Source: a virus (taxonomy: Duplodnaviria > Caudoviricetes). Taken from it: a stretch of 64,000 nucleotides of DNA. This document shows, piece by piece, positions 29,574 to 39,801 of the stretch. The stretch lies in IMG/VR virus record IMGVR_UViG_3300044633_001982. One strand, 5' to 3'. The position numbers and the translations under genes were made by a program. The notes below the pieces were generated by a model that was not told the origin of the DNA, searched no databases, and saw nothing but the letters and a program-made list of their open reading frames with translations. The first letter of the stretch is position 1. The number at the start of each line of letters is the position of its first letter.

Positions 29574-30426
29574 CCTTTTTTATCATTTTAACTAACTCAC
29601 CTAAACTAATACCTTCTTTGTCAGCCATCTTTTTTAAAGATTTTAGATTATTTAAAAAAGTTTTAGAAATTTTAGTTTCTTTTTTTGTGATATCTGAATC
29701 TTTTTTATTTTTTTGTACCAAAATATCCTCAATTAATTTCCTAGCGTCCTCATTCTTTTTTTCTTCAATTTTCCTTTTTTCAAAAAGATTAAAAGTCCCA
29801 ATAAAAGATTTTTTATTTTTAATTTTTTTGGGAGTATTTTTTTCTTTTTTATCTTTTATATCTTTACCAAATTTTTCAGTCCTGTCTTTTGCATCTTCAG
29901 GTTCCATCCCCATGTTTTTTACAAGATATTTGAATGTTTTTTTACCATCCATATTTTTGGTTTCATCCCAACCAAACGCACCATCCATATCAATTTCAAG
30001 TACAGGACCGTCCTCAATAGATTCTCCATAATAAACTCGATAACCTCTTGTTACGGGATTATTGGTTTGTCTTGTTGCAACAACTTCTTGGTCAGTAGTT
30101 TTAATTGGTGAAAGTTTTGGATTAATAATTGGTATTTTTGAACTTAAAAATGTTCCATCGTAATCAACTAATTCTCCAATCTCTCCTTTAAAATTTTTTA
30201 AATGAGATTTCATCTCATCAGTATTTTTTATTTTTTTTACTTTTTGTATTTTTTTAATTTCTTGTTTTACTTTTGGTAAATTTTTCTTTTCAAACAATAT
30301 AACTTTATCGTTTTTTCGTGCTTCACTTAAAGTATTTGAAACTGAATAATATAACGCAATATCATCTTCTCTTTCTTTTAAAAAGAAATAATAATTGTTA
30401 GAAAAAGTTTCAATTTTATTATTCAT
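29566..30426 (-). CDS. Hypothetical Lys-rich protein
   Basis: Start reassigned to MNNK at 30426; TATTTATA at 30439-30446 upstream. Confidence 0.7.
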   Translation of the reverse strand: MNNKIETFSNNYYFFLKEREDDIALYYSVSNTLSEARKNDKVILFEKKNLPKVKQEIKKIQKVKKIKNTDEMKSHLKNFKGEIGELVDYDGTFLSSKIPIINPKLSPIKTTDQEVVATRQTNNPVTRGYRVYYGESIEDGPVLEIDMDGAFGWDETKNMDGKKTFKYLVKNMGMEPEDAKDRTEKFGKDIKDKKEKNTPKKIKNKKSFIGTFNLFEKRKIEEKKNEDARKLIEDILVQKNKKDSDITKKETKISKTFLNNLKSLKKMADKEGISLGELVKMIKKDE

Positions 30427-30438
30427 AATGTTTTTACC

Positions 30439-30466
30439 TATAAATACTTTGATTATTGTATTTATT
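30439..30466. promoter_or_regulatory. Back-to-back divergent putative late promoters
   Basis: TATTTATA on the minus strand (30439-30446) and TATTTATT on the plus strand (30459-30466), at the strand switch. Confidence 0.65.
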
Positions 30467-30471
30467 AAAAG

Positions 30472-32031
30472 ATGAGTCAACAGAATATTAATCAATATGT
30501 CTTTAATAAGTGGAAATTAAATCCAAGTTGGAACAATTTGGACATGTCCTTAGCTTCTGATGAAAGAGATTTTAATGAAGAAGTTGTTTTTTCAACTCAA
30601 TTAATTGGAATAAACGATGGTAATAGATTACCAATTTATTTCGATTTAAATAACCCTAATTCTTCACAACAACCAACTTTAAATTATGGGGATTTCATGT
30701 CCGGAAATACTTTGGTTTCATTAAATTATTATAACCCAAATAATGAAAATATATCTTGTTTTACAGGTGATAGTTTATGTGATATTGGATTAGTTGGTAC
30801 CGATAATGGGTTAGTCCCTGAAATGTCAGGTGAAACAATATATTTTAGTATGGGATTATATAGTGGAACTACAAAATGGGATAGATATCATTTTGATAGA
30901 AGAACTAAATTAATTCCAATTACTGCATATACAACTGAAGATATTACTATAACACTTGAATCTATTATAGAACCAGGTTCTATTGTTGCGATATATAATT
31001 TAATATCTGAAGAAAATTTAGTTAATGATGTCACAATTAATTTTACAAATGTTTTAGGATATACTGGTGGGACTATTTTAGTTCAAACAGGTGTAACAAT
31101 ATCTTTAGGTAACTCTAGCGGGCAAACAATAGTAACTATTAATGAAAATTTCGATTCTTTAAATAGGACTTCATTGATAACAGGCGTGACCTCATCAGAA
31201 TCAGGAGGTGCGTACCAAATACAAGTAACCCCAAATCAAACGTTCGCCCCTGTCACTCCAACACCATTAATTACCCCAACAATTACTCCAACACCTAGCC
31301 AAACCCCAACACAAACTCCTAGTCAAACTGAAACCCCAACACAAACCCCAACACAAACTCCTAGTCAAACTGAAACTCCAACACAAACTCCAACACAAAC
31401 TCCTACACAAACCTCAACTCAGACTCCCACACAAACCTCAACTCAGACTCCCACACAAACTCCAACACAAACCTCAACTCAGACTCCTACACAAACCTCA
31501 ACTCAGACTCCTACACAGACACCAACACAAACTGAGACACCAACACAGACTCCTACACAGACACCAACACCTACACAGACACCAACACCTAGTATTACAC
31601 CAAGTATTACGCCTACAACTTATATAACTTATCATCTATTGGCACAAGATGGTTCAACAATCAGTATTCAAAACGGGGACAATATTACTTTATATAATTC
31701 GGCAATTACCCCAACACCGACTCAGACTCCAACTCAAACTCCAAGTCAAACTGCAACTCAAACTCAGACCCCAACTCAAACTCCAAGTCAAACTGCAACT
31801 CAAACTGCAACTCAAACCCCTACACAGACACAAACTCCTAGTCAAACTGCAACTCAAACCCCTACACAGACACAAACATCTACACCTACACAAACATTAG
31901 ACCTGTCTTCGACTCCAACACAAACTCCAACAACTACCCCAACTCCTACACCTGTTTATAATCGTATTTTGGTACAGGATGGGTCAACGTTAGCCGCACA
32001 AAACGGTGATTTAATTAATAAACAACCTTAA
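30472..32031 (+). CDS. Putative virion protein with mucin-like Thr/Pro/Gln repeats
   Basis: Globular N-terminus followed by two TPTQ/TPSQ repeat tracts; late motif upstream. Confidence 0.75.
   Translation: MSQQNINQYVFNKWKLNPSWNNLDMSLASDERDFNEEVVFSTQLIGINDGNRLPIYFDLNNPNSSQQPTLNYGDFMSGNTLVSLNYYNPNNENISCFTGDSLCDIGLVGTDNGLVPEMSGETIYFSMGLYSGTTKWDRYHFDRRTKLIPITAYTTEDITITLESIIEPGSIVAIYNLISEENLVNDVTINFTNVLGYTGGTILVQTGVTISLGNSSGQTIVTINENFDSLNRTSLITGVTSSESGGAYQIQVTPNQTFAPVTPTPLITPTITPTPSQTPTQTPSQTETPTQTPTQTPSQTETPTQTPTQTPTQTSTQTPTQTSTQTPTQTPTQTSTQTPTQTSTQTPTQTPTQTETPTQTPTQTPTPTQTPTPSITPSITPTTYITYHLLAQDGSTISIQNGDNITLYNSAITPTPTQTPTQTPSQTATQTQTPTQTPSQTATQTATQTPTQTQTPSQTATQTPTQTQTSTPTQTLDLSSTPTQTPTTTPTPTPVYNRILVQDGSTLAAQNGDLINKQP
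31250..31620 (+). repeat. Coding tandem repeat (TPTQ/TSTQ units, about 12 nt)
   Basis: Imperfect acacaaactcca-type units; boundaries approximate. Confidence 0.9.
31705..31955 (+). repeat. Coding tandem repeat (TPTQ/TPSQTATQ)
   Basis: Second Thr/Pro/Gln tract; boundaries approximate. Confidence 0.9.
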
Positions 32032-32036
32032 TAATA

Positions 32037-32044
32037 TATTTATA
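32037..32044 (+). promoter_or_regulatory. Putative late promoter TATTTATA
   Basis: 11 nt before the ATG at 32056. Confidence 0.6.
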
Positions 32045-32055
32045 AATAAAAAATT

Positions 32056-32643
32056 ATGGCAGATATTTTAATTTCTAATTTACCCCTTTACACAGGGGAT
32101 ACTAATGGTTCGTATTTAATTATGAACAACAGTGCTCAAACTATAACATATAAAGTTACAAAACAAACTTTTATTGATACTGGAGTGGCATCATATTCAT
32201 GGACAACAAACTATGCTAACTTAACAAATGGGGCGGAAAATTACCCAAGATGGGATACCGAAGTATTCAACTCTAACACAAATATTTTTGAGTTAGTTAA
32301 CTCAAGCGGGGCTGGTAATACAGGTGCAAGAATTTTTTTAAAAGAGTCTGGTTATTATGAATTAATAAGTCAGGTTCACCTTTTTGACGCATTTGGTAAC
32401 CAAGACCTTTTGGTAAAATATAACTCAGCGACTGGTTCAACTGATGCAATGTCTGTAGGTACATTAATTAGTGATGAAAAATTTGTGGAAACAACTGGTG
32501 ACAGATTAATTAACGGTACTATTTGTTTTTTCATATCTACCCCAACGTATATAACTATTTCAATAAATCCAAGTAATAATTCACCATTCCCTTCTAACGC
32601 AAACTCAACACCGACTAGAATTTTTGTTAAAAAATTACCATAA
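32056..32643 (+). CDS. Putative minor virion/fibre protein with a C1q/BclA-like C-terminal domain
   Basis: MADILISNLP...TYKVTK start typical of fibre-type proteins; IFLKESGYYELISQVHL beta pattern. Confidence 0.45.
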   Translation: MADILISNLPLYTGDTNGSYLIMNNSAQTITYKVTKQTFIDTGVASYSWTTNYANLTNGAENYPRWDTEVFNSNTNIFELVNSSGAGNTGARIFLKESGYYELISQVHLFDAFGNQDLLVKYNSATGSTDAMSVGTLISDEKFVETTGDRLINGTICFFISTPTYITISINPSNNSPFPSNANSTPTRIFVKKLP

Positions 32644-32687
32644 ATTTACTTTAATGGTTTTAAAAATTATTACTATATAAGTTAAAA

Positions 32688-34343
32688 ATGGCAATTAGAT
32701 TTTCAGGAAATACAAAAGAGACAGTTTACAACATAGTTAGTAAAACTTCCGATAATGTTGGATACTATAACCAATTGTATGGTGGATTTTATCAAGGATT
32801 TTTTAAATTATTTGGTTATGATTATGAAACTTTTCCAAACCGATGTAACAAAGGTTGGTCTGTTGAGATGTTGTTGAGAGCGAGACAAGAAGACCAATTT
32901 TTTCATACTTCGGGTCAAACAACTTTAAATGAGGTTTACCCAAACAACGACAATACTTTTTTTTATTTTGGTACAAGAGCTGAAAATAAATATTATCATC
33001 ATGCGTCGGGGTCTCCTGAATCTGATTCAGGGTACACAAGAGTTACAGAAGTATTGAGTGGGTGTCTAAAAACATGTGCATGTTCAGATACCGGAGTAAC
33101 AATTTCAAGATGTTTAGAAGATGTTTATGAACCATTAAATTATACAAGTCAACATAATGTTGAGTGTAATTGTGGGTGTTCTGAAACCTCAGTCGCAAAT
33201 CCGGATAAAGACCCGTTATTTGACTCAATGTCAAACACTTTATCGCTAAGACTTTTAGGTGACCCAAAAAATCCTAAAGTTTGTGTTAGAGTTCTTAAAT
33301 TTACGGGAGGATGTGAAACAACAGGAAGTTGTGAGACAACAGGAATTACTTACACAACAGGTTACACTATAACTGATTATTGTTCAAGTAAAACTATTTT
33401 TGATTACTGTTCATCAAGTCAAACTTATTTAAATAAAGAACATTGGTTTTTAATCGATTGTGTTTGGGAACGTAATTCTTATTATGATGAATGTGATTTA
33501 TTATACAGAGGAGGATTAGATTCTATTACCAATTTATATTATGTAAATTCATTGGCAGGAAATGCGGTTAGCTTAATTACAATACCGTACACACATTCAG
33601 GAGAGACTCCTGCAGACCAAATTGAAGTAGTTAATCTAAATGAGGAATGGTTGATTGAAAAGGACCAAAGATTAGGTTCTTTGAAGATATACATAAATGG
33701 TAGATTATTCTACGTTATTAACGGATTTGAAGAAGTAATCCCAAGAGGATTAAATACTGAAAAAGAAAAACAAATAGGGGTTCCCTTCAATATCGGATGG
33801 GGTGGAGGTACACAAGGATTAAGAGAAAGTTTAACTTTTAGAGAATGTCCGACTTCATTGTCTGGATTAACGTATCAACAAGACCCTGAATGTATGCCAA
33901 ACGAAACATTATCGGGGACATCCTTATCAGCGTTAACCACAAATATTTTTATTGAACCTAATTTTGCAGGTTCATTTGACGGAGCAATTTCACAATTTAG
34001 AATGTATACCGAACCTTTAACATACCCCGAAGTTGTTCATAATTTTGATATACTGAAAGGTAATTTTGAGTTGTTTGATTACAAATGCCCAAGTTGTTCT
34101 GATGGTGTAATAAATGATATAATTGGAGTTAGTTCAGGTACTGATATTATATTTTCATCTGATGAGTTTTCAGGAATGACATTTAATCTTTACTATTATA
34201 AAGATTCAGGAGAACCAAGATATGTGGTTGTTGAAAATGAAACTTTCCCATACATCATGAATACTTTGTCAGTACCTAATTGTTGTGGTAATAATTTTTA
34301 TTTTTATATTATTGAATTAGACCAAACATTCCTTTACACCTAA
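32688..34343 (+). CDS. Putative virion protein with LamG/ConA-like fold and Cys-rich segments
   Basis: LKIYINGRL...PFNIGWGGG...FDGAISQFRMYTEPLTYPEVVHNF; CLKTCAC and ECNCGC clusters. Confidence 0.55.
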   Translation: MAIRFSGNTKETVYNIVSKTSDNVGYYNQLYGGFYQGFFKLFGYDYETFPNRCNKGWSVEMLLRARQEDQFFHTSGQTTLNEVYPNNDNTFFYFGTRAENKYYHHASGSPESDSGYTRVTEVLSGCLKTCACSDTGVTISRCLEDVYEPLNYTSQHNVECNCGCSETSVANPDKDPLFDSMSNTLSLRLLGDPKNPKVCVRVLKFTGGCETTGSCETTGITYTTGYTITDYCSSKTIFDYCSSSQTYLNKEHWFLIDCVWERNSYYDECDLLYRGGLDSITNLYYVNSLAGNAVSLITIPYTHSGETPADQIEVVNLNEEWLIEKDQRLGSLKIYINGRLFYVINGFEEVIPRGLNTEKEKQIGVPFNIGWGGGTQGLRESLTFRECPTSLSGLTYQQDPECMPNETLSGTSLSALTTNIFIEPNFAGSFDGAISQFRMYTEPLTYPEVVHNFDILKGNFELFDYKCPSCSDGVINDIIGVSSGTDIIFSSDEFSGMTFNLYYYKDSGEPRYVVVENETFPYIMNTLSVPNCCGNNFYFYIIELDQTFLYT

Positions 34344-34379
34344 TTTTATTTTTATATTTTTTGGTTAAAAATACTAATA

Positions 34380-35624
34380 ATGAAAATTTTTATCCAAGTC
34401 GCGTCTTATAGAGACCCACAATTAATACCAACTATTAAATCCGCATTAGATAATGCCAAACATCCTGAAAATTTAATATTCGGAATTGCCAGACAATTTC
34501 ATATTGAAGATGGATTTGATAATTTGGATGAATATAGAGGTGATGACAGATTTAGAATTTTAGATATTCCATGTGAAGAATCTAAAGGGGCTTGTTGGGC
34601 TAGAAATCAAATACAACAACTTTATCAAAAAGAAGAATACACATTACAAATTGATTCTCACATGAGATTCGCTGAAAATTGGGATGTTGAAATGATTGAT
34701 ATCATTAAAAAGTTACAGAAAAAAGGACATAAAAAACCTTTATTAACAGGATATGTTCCATCTTTTGACCCTGACGATGACCCAAACTCTAGAGTTATGG
34801 AACCTTGGAGAATGGTTTTTGATAGATTCATACCTGAAGGGGCGGTATTTTTCCTACCTGAAGTAATCCCTGGATGGCAAAGTATGACAGAACCAGTTCC
34901 TGCAAGATTTTACTCAGCACATTATTGTTTCACATTAGGTAAATTTTCCAAAGAAGTACAACATGACCCTGAATTTTATTTTCATGGTGAGGAGATATCA
35001 ATTGCAGCTAGAGCGTACACACATGGTTATGATTTATTTCATATACATAAAATTCTTATTTGGCACGAATATACCAGAAAGGGAAGAACTAAACAATGGG
35101 ATGATGATAAAGATTGGGTAAGTAAAAATGATTATTGTCACAAAAAAAATAGAAGTCTATTTGGAATGGATGGTGAAGAACCAATGAACCATGGAAAATA
35201 TGGATTTGGTAAACAAAGGACATTAAAAGACTATGAAAAATATTCAGGGTTACTTTTTTCCAAAAGAGCAATCCAACAATGGACAATAGATAAACATTAC
35301 CCACCAAATCCTTATAATTTTAATTCTGAAGAAGAATGGATGAATTCATTCTCATCGATTTTTAAACATTGTATTGATTTACAATATTCTCAAGTACCTG
35401 AAAAAGATTATGAATTTTGGGTTGTTGCATTTCATGATGAAACAGATGAAACACTTTTTAGAAAAGATGCCGATAAATCTGAAATTGCAAGAATGATGGA
35501 TGACCCTGATGGTTATATAAAAATTTGGAGAGAATTTAATATGACTAAAAAACCAACATATTGGGTTGTTTGGCCATATTCAGAATCAAAAGGATGGGGT
35601 GAAAGAATAACAGGTAATTTATAA
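34380..35624 (+). CDS. GT60-like UDP-GlcNAc:polypeptide GlcNAc-transferase (PF11397-type)
   Basis: IFIQVASYRDPQL..T, SKGACWAR, LQIDSHMRF...WD, FHGEEISIAARAYTHGYD. Confidence 0.8.
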   Translation: MKIFIQVASYRDPQLIPTIKSALDNAKHPENLIFGIARQFHIEDGFDNLDEYRGDDRFRILDIPCEESKGACWARNQIQQLYQKEEYTLQIDSHMRFAENWDVEMIDIIKKLQKKGHKKPLLTGYVPSFDPDDDPNSRVMEPWRMVFDRFIPEGAVFFLPEVIPGWQSMTEPVPARFYSAHYCFTLGKFSKEVQHDPEFYFHGEEISIAARAYTHGYDLFHIHKILIWHEYTRKGRTKQWDDDKDWVSKNDYCHKKNRSLFGMDGEEPMNHGKYGFGKQRTLKDYEKYSGLLFSKRAIQQWTIDKHYPPNPYNFNSEEEWMNSFSSIFKHCIDLQYSQVPEKDYEFWVVAFHDETDETLFRKDADKSEIARMMDDPDGYIKIWREFNMTKKPTYWVVWPYSESKGWGERITGNL

Positions 35625-35626
35625 TT

Positions 35627-36469
35627 ATGGTTGAAATTTTTGATGGTTACTGTGAAGGATTGAAAGGAGGTCACTTTTCTAGTTACAGAAAAAACTTAGG
35701 AAATAAATTATTTATTTATTCTGTTAGTAGACTTATTGCCGATGAATTAAATTATGATTTAATTGTTCCTGATAATTCATTAATACGTAGAGAAGAATTA
35801 AGTGTTGGTCAATATGTTGAGCAAGTATTCCCATTTAAATCCATTACCGGAAAAGAGTCAATTGAAGGTCCAGTCATCTCAATTGGGGACACTGATGTAT
35901 TAACATTGAATACTGTCGAAAAAATGGTAGACCATTGTCGGGGACATAAAATTATTTCCGCCTCCTATTTTTCTAAGTACGATTATATTAAACCGTACAA
36001 AGAAAAAGTTAGAAATTTTCTTTCAGAAATAGTATTACCAAAAAGAAATGATGACGATTTGGTTTTGATGTTAAGAAATAGTAGAGACGATGGTAGATTT
36101 GTATTGCCTGATGAATATTACCTTAACATTTTGGAAAAAGAAAATTTTAAAAATTTATACGTTTCTTTTGACCATGTCTATAACCATAAAAGTATTTTAG
36201 ATAAATTACAAATTTATAATCCAAAATATATTGAGGGTTCAATTTTAGATGTGTTTAAAGAACTAACATCATTTAATAAAATAATTGCTTGTCAAGGTAC
36301 ATTTTCATTTTGGGTATGTTTCTTATCAAATGCGAGTAAAATATATTGGCCGGTCACTAACGATGGGCCAAATTCAAACAATAAAAATTTTGGAACTCAT
36401 GTTAATTTAAAAGTTGATGATGAAGACCGATATGTTCACATTAAAATTGATGACATTTATAAAAAATGA
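35627..36469 (+). CDS. Divergent GT11-like transferase
   Basis: NLGNKLFIY, LMLRNS in place of HxRRGD, IIACQGTFSFWVCFLS. Confidence 0.55.
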   Translation: MVEIFDGYCEGLKGGHFSSYRKNLGNKLFIYSVSRLIADELNYDLIVPDNSLIRREELSVGQYVEQVFPFKSITGKESIEGPVISIGDTDVLTLNTVEKMVDHCRGHKIISASYFSKYDYIKPYKEKVRNFLSEIVLPKRNDDDLVLMLRNSRDDGRFVLPDEYYLNILEKENFKNLYVSFDHVYNHKSILDKLQIYNPKYIEGSILDVFKELTSFNKIIACQGTFSFWVCFLSNASKIYWPVTNDGPNSNNKNFGTHVNLKVDDEDRYVHIKIDDIYKK

Positions 36470-37455
36470 AGACTATAAGAATAAGTAGAGCTAATTTTCC
36501 AGGTGTGGGGAATTTTTCATGGATGAATTTCTTTTATGAAATATTATCCAAAAAATATAATGTAATAATAGATTCTAAAAATCCTGATTTGGTTATTTAT
36601 ACTAACCAATTTTACAGAGAAAACGAATTAGATTTTTACACTAACGAAATTGTTAAAGGTATTCATGAATACAATGATAACGTAAAAAAAATATTCATAA
36701 GTGGTGAGGCAAGACCTGATTTCTTATCTCATTTAAATAAAGGGGAAAACTATTACGCTTTAGGATATGAACACCATGACCATGACAGATATTTAAGGTT
36801 CCCAACATATGTTTTAGACGCGCATGTACTCCATAATGAAGGAGGTCTATTTGAAAGTAATTTTGGTTGGTTAACCAAACCAAAAAAATACGAAGATATT
36901 AAACTAATAAAAAAACATTTTTGTAGTTTAGTTCAAGCAAGTTTTAATCCCGATAGAGACCAATTTTTTAATATTGTGGAAAAGTATCATTATATTAAAA
37001 GTTCAGGTCCGTATCGACAAACAATACCTGATTCAGAAACCTTAAATCCTCACAAATATCATAACTATTCCAATAAAGATTATATGGGAAAAATTGACGG
37101 GTTAACCTATAGGGATAAAATTAATTTTTTCTCAGACTGTACATTCAACATGGCTTTTCAATATACTAATACGGATTATCTAACTCAAGAAAAAATAATA
37201 CATGCATTCGCTTCTAATTCAATTCCAATATTTTATGGTAACCAATACATTGAAGAAGAAGGATTTAATCCTGAGTCATTTATCAATGCTCACAAATTTA
37301 AAAATTTTGATGAATTAGTCGATGAATTAAATACAATATATTCTGATAATAATAAATTAAAATCTTATTTTGAATCTCCTATTTTTAATGAAAATAAATT
37401 ACCAATTTATTTCGATGAGGATTACATTTTAGATTTTTTTAGTAAAATTATTTAA
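36466..37455 (+). CDS. GT10 alpha-1,3/4-fucosyltransferase (FutA-like)
   Basis: NPDLVI, ISGEARPDF, YLRFP, FCSLV, YLTQEKIIHAFASNSIPIFYG, FNPESFIN. Confidence 0.85.
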   Translation: MKTIRISRANFPGVGNFSWMNFFYEILSKKYNVIIDSKNPDLVIYTNQFYRENELDFYTNEIVKGIHEYNDNVKKIFISGEARPDFLSHLNKGENYYALGYEHHDHDRYLRFPTYVLDAHVLHNEGGLFESNFGWLTKPKKYEDIKLIKKHFCSLVQASFNPDRDQFFNIVEKYHYIKSSGPYRQTIPDSETLNPHKYHNYSNKDYMGKIDGLTYRDKINFFSDCTFNMAFQYTNTDYLTQEKIIHAFASNSIPIFYGNQYIEEEGFNPESFINAHKFKNFDELVDELNTIYSDNNKLKSYFESPIFNENKLPIYFDEDYILDFFSKII

Positions 37456-37456
37456 T

Positions 37457-38134
37457 ATGAAATCAATTTCTTACAGTTTATTTGGATTAGACTACAAATA
37501 TTACACAGGTGCTGAGAAAAATATTTTAATCAATCAAAAGTTATTACCTGATTGGGAAACGGTGATTTATTACCATCCTGAAATGATTCGTAACGAATAT
37601 ATTGATAAATTATCAAATATGGGGGCAAAAATGATTGACGTGTCGTCTTTTTCATTTGGTAATCGTCCTCCAAAAGATTACCCATTTTTTTGGAGATTTA
37701 TTTCTTTTTTTGATGACGGGATTACAATATCTAGAGATTTAGATAGTAGACTTTCTGAACGAGAAGTGGAATATATCAATAGATGGGTACAATCTAATAA
37801 AGATTATTTTATAATAAGAGACCACCCGTGGCATTCTCCAGTACCTAGTGGTTTATTTGGTATAATACGAAAAATTACTGATTTTGAGGACCATTTTAAT
37901 AGTTTTATTAGTAGTTCTGATTTGAGATGGGGGACTGACCAAGAAATTTTACATGAATATATGTCAAAAATTTCAGATGATAATATTTTTTACTGTGGGT
38001 ATGACAAACCTGAGACCTATATACGTAGAGATAATAAAAATTTTTTTATTGGAATTCAGTTAGATGAATACGATAACCCAACTAAACCAAGCGGGGAGCA
38101 ATGCCTGCAATATTTAAATGATTTAAATTTATAA
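37457..38134 (+). CDS. Hypothetical protein, possible glycan-modifying enzyme
   Basis: ISYSLFG, FWRF, SRDLDSR DxD motif, IIRDHPWH, GTDQ; lies in the GT operon. Confidence 0.55.
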   Translation: MKSISYSLFGLDYKYYTGAEKNILINQKLLPDWETVIYYHPEMIRNEYIDKLSNMGAKMIDVSSFSFGNRPPKDYPFFWRFISFFDDGITISRDLDSRLSEREVEYINRWVQSNKDYFIIRDHPWHSPVPSGLFGIIRKITDFEDHFNSFISSSDLRWGTDQEILHEYMSKISDDNIFYCGYDKPETYIRRDNKNFFIGIQLDEYDNPTKPSGEQCLQYLNDLNL

Positions 38135-38136
38135 AT

Positions 38137-38877
38137 ATGAGATACTGTTTTACAACACTAGCAATCAACGAACCTTATGAAACTATCACTCCTGAGTTTT
38201 ATAAAGAGTTACGTGAAAAAACTAAAGAATGTGAGTTTTTTATCACAACAAATAATGAACAATTAAGAAATCAAGGTGACAGAATTCACACAAAAATTGT
38301 TAACCCACCATTATATGATTCAAGGGGAGGATTTAATTTTAATTTAAATTTAAAAGTTTTATCTTTAAAACATATACTAGAACATCAGAAAGAAACTGGA
38401 AATAGTCCCGATTATATTATTTTTACTGATGGTGATTGGAGAATGCATGATGGATTTGATGAACAAAAAATATTAAACATGCTTGACCATATGGAACAAA
38501 ATAATGTTGATTTTTTGTTTGAAAGACCCGCACCAATTGGTCCTCACAAGTTAAATCCAAATGAAAGTTTTTTTAGAGATAAACTTTTTGATTACGATGT
38601 TTTTGACCATAATAAATGGGATGAGGCTCATGTGGTTAACGAACAATTTTTAGTTTTTAGGAACAATTCAAAATTTAAATTTTTTGTACAAAGATGGGAA
38701 CAATTTTTATGGTATAGTATCGCTAATGACATTAGAAATTATCCTGATGGTTTTGAAATTGGAATTTCAGCATTAGAAGCTGACATGAAATACCAATATG
38801 AAGGAGTTTTAAATCACTTCATTCAAAATTGTTTTTCGTTCTACACTAAACTTGGAGATTTTCACGTTAGATTCTAA
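38137..38877 (+). CDS. Putative GT-A glycosyltransferase
   Basis: LK...LK...DYIIFTDGDW DxD motif; operon context. Confidence 0.5.
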   Translation: MRYCFTTLAINEPYETITPEFYKELREKTKECEFFITTNNEQLRNQGDRIHTKIVNPPLYDSRGGFNFNLNLKVLSLKHILEHQKETGNSPDYIIFTDGDWRMHDGFDEQKILNMLDHMEQNNVDFLFERPAPIGPHKLNPNESFFRDKLFDYDVFDHNKWDEAHVVNEQFLVFRNNSKFKFFVQRWEQFLWYSIANDIRNYPDGFEIGISALEADMKYQYEGVLNHFIQNCFSFYTKLGDFHVRF

Positions 38878-39797
38878 TGAAAACTAAAATAGTAACCGCC
38901 TTATGGCTAGATGTCGCTGGGTACCCTTTCCAAGGGGCTAGCTCAGTTAGAAAAGATAGATATTATGGGTCTTTAATTAGTCATTGCCGTGGTATTAATT
39001 TTCCAGTTGTTTGTTACACTCACGAAAAAAATAAATCCGAAATTGAAAAACTTAAATTAGATTATAATTTATCTAATCTTGAAATTAAAATATTGGAATT
39101 ATCTGACATGAAGTATCATAAAAAAATAAAAGATGTTAGAGATAAAAATTTTGATACTGACTTAGATGGTAGAGGACCTGAAATAATGTGGGGAAAATTC
39201 CAAGTTCTTGAACAAGAGTTAGAAGGTTTTGATAGGGTCTATTGGGTTGACGGAGGATTACAACATCCAGGGATATTCCCGTGGATGTACTGTGTTCCAT
39301 ATGGGGATAAAAAATTTCATAATCCAAATGAAGTACCTGTGTGGAATAATAATCAAATATCTCAATATGATTTTACAAAATTATTCAATACTGAACTTTT
39401 CATAAAAATGAATGAGATTAGTGAGAATAAAGTTTTAAATTTAACCGCAACAAATCCTCAATCAGGATATGTTTTTAAAACTAAAGGAATAATTGATTAT
39501 GATATTAGACCATATTATCCTATTGCAGGTATGATTGGAGGAGATACTAAACAGTTAAAAAATTATATAAATGAGTATTGGAATTTTTGTGATAAAATTA
39601 TTGATAAAGAATTTTTATGTACAGAAGAATCAATAATGAAATTAGTTTATGATAAATTAAAAGACATTGTTCATCCTTTAATTTTTGACGTTCACCAAAC
39701 TGATGAACATGACCAATATCATTTTGAACTTTGGGACCCATCTTGGGGTAAACCTAAACCATTATACATGGTTTGGATAGACATTTTAAATAGTTAA
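38877..39797 (+). CDS. HtrL/YibB-like putative glycosyltransferase
   Basis: IVTALW, KFQVL...YWVDGG, AGMIGG, TEESIM; similar to the N-terminal half of 40661..42343. Confidence 0.6.
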   Translation: MKTKIVTALWLDVAGYPFQGASSVRKDRYYGSLISHCRGINFPVVCYTHEKNKSEIEKLKLDYNLSNLEIKILELSDMKYHKKIKDVRDKNFDTDLDGRGPEIMWGKFQVLEQELEGFDRVYWVDGGLQHPGIFPWMYCVPYGDKKFHNPNEVPVWNNNQISQYDFTKLFNTELFIKMNEISENKVLNLTATNPQSGYVFKTKGIIDYDIRPYYPIAGMIGGDTKQLKNYINEYWNFCDKIIDKEFLCTEESIMKLVYDKLKDIVHPLIFDVHQTDEHDQYHFELWDPSWGKPKPLYMVWIDILNS

Positions 39798-39801
39798 AAA
39801 T

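Noticed and set aside
31250-31955. CRISPR array or non-coding tandem repeat
   Set aside because: Units are about 12 nt, degenerate mainly at third codon positions, have no unique spacers and lie in frame in a Thr/Pro-rich ORF.
32645-32673. Sigma70-like promoter TTTACT-N17-TATTAC before 32688
   Set aside because: The -10 lacks the conserved final T; too weak to call in AT-rich DNA.
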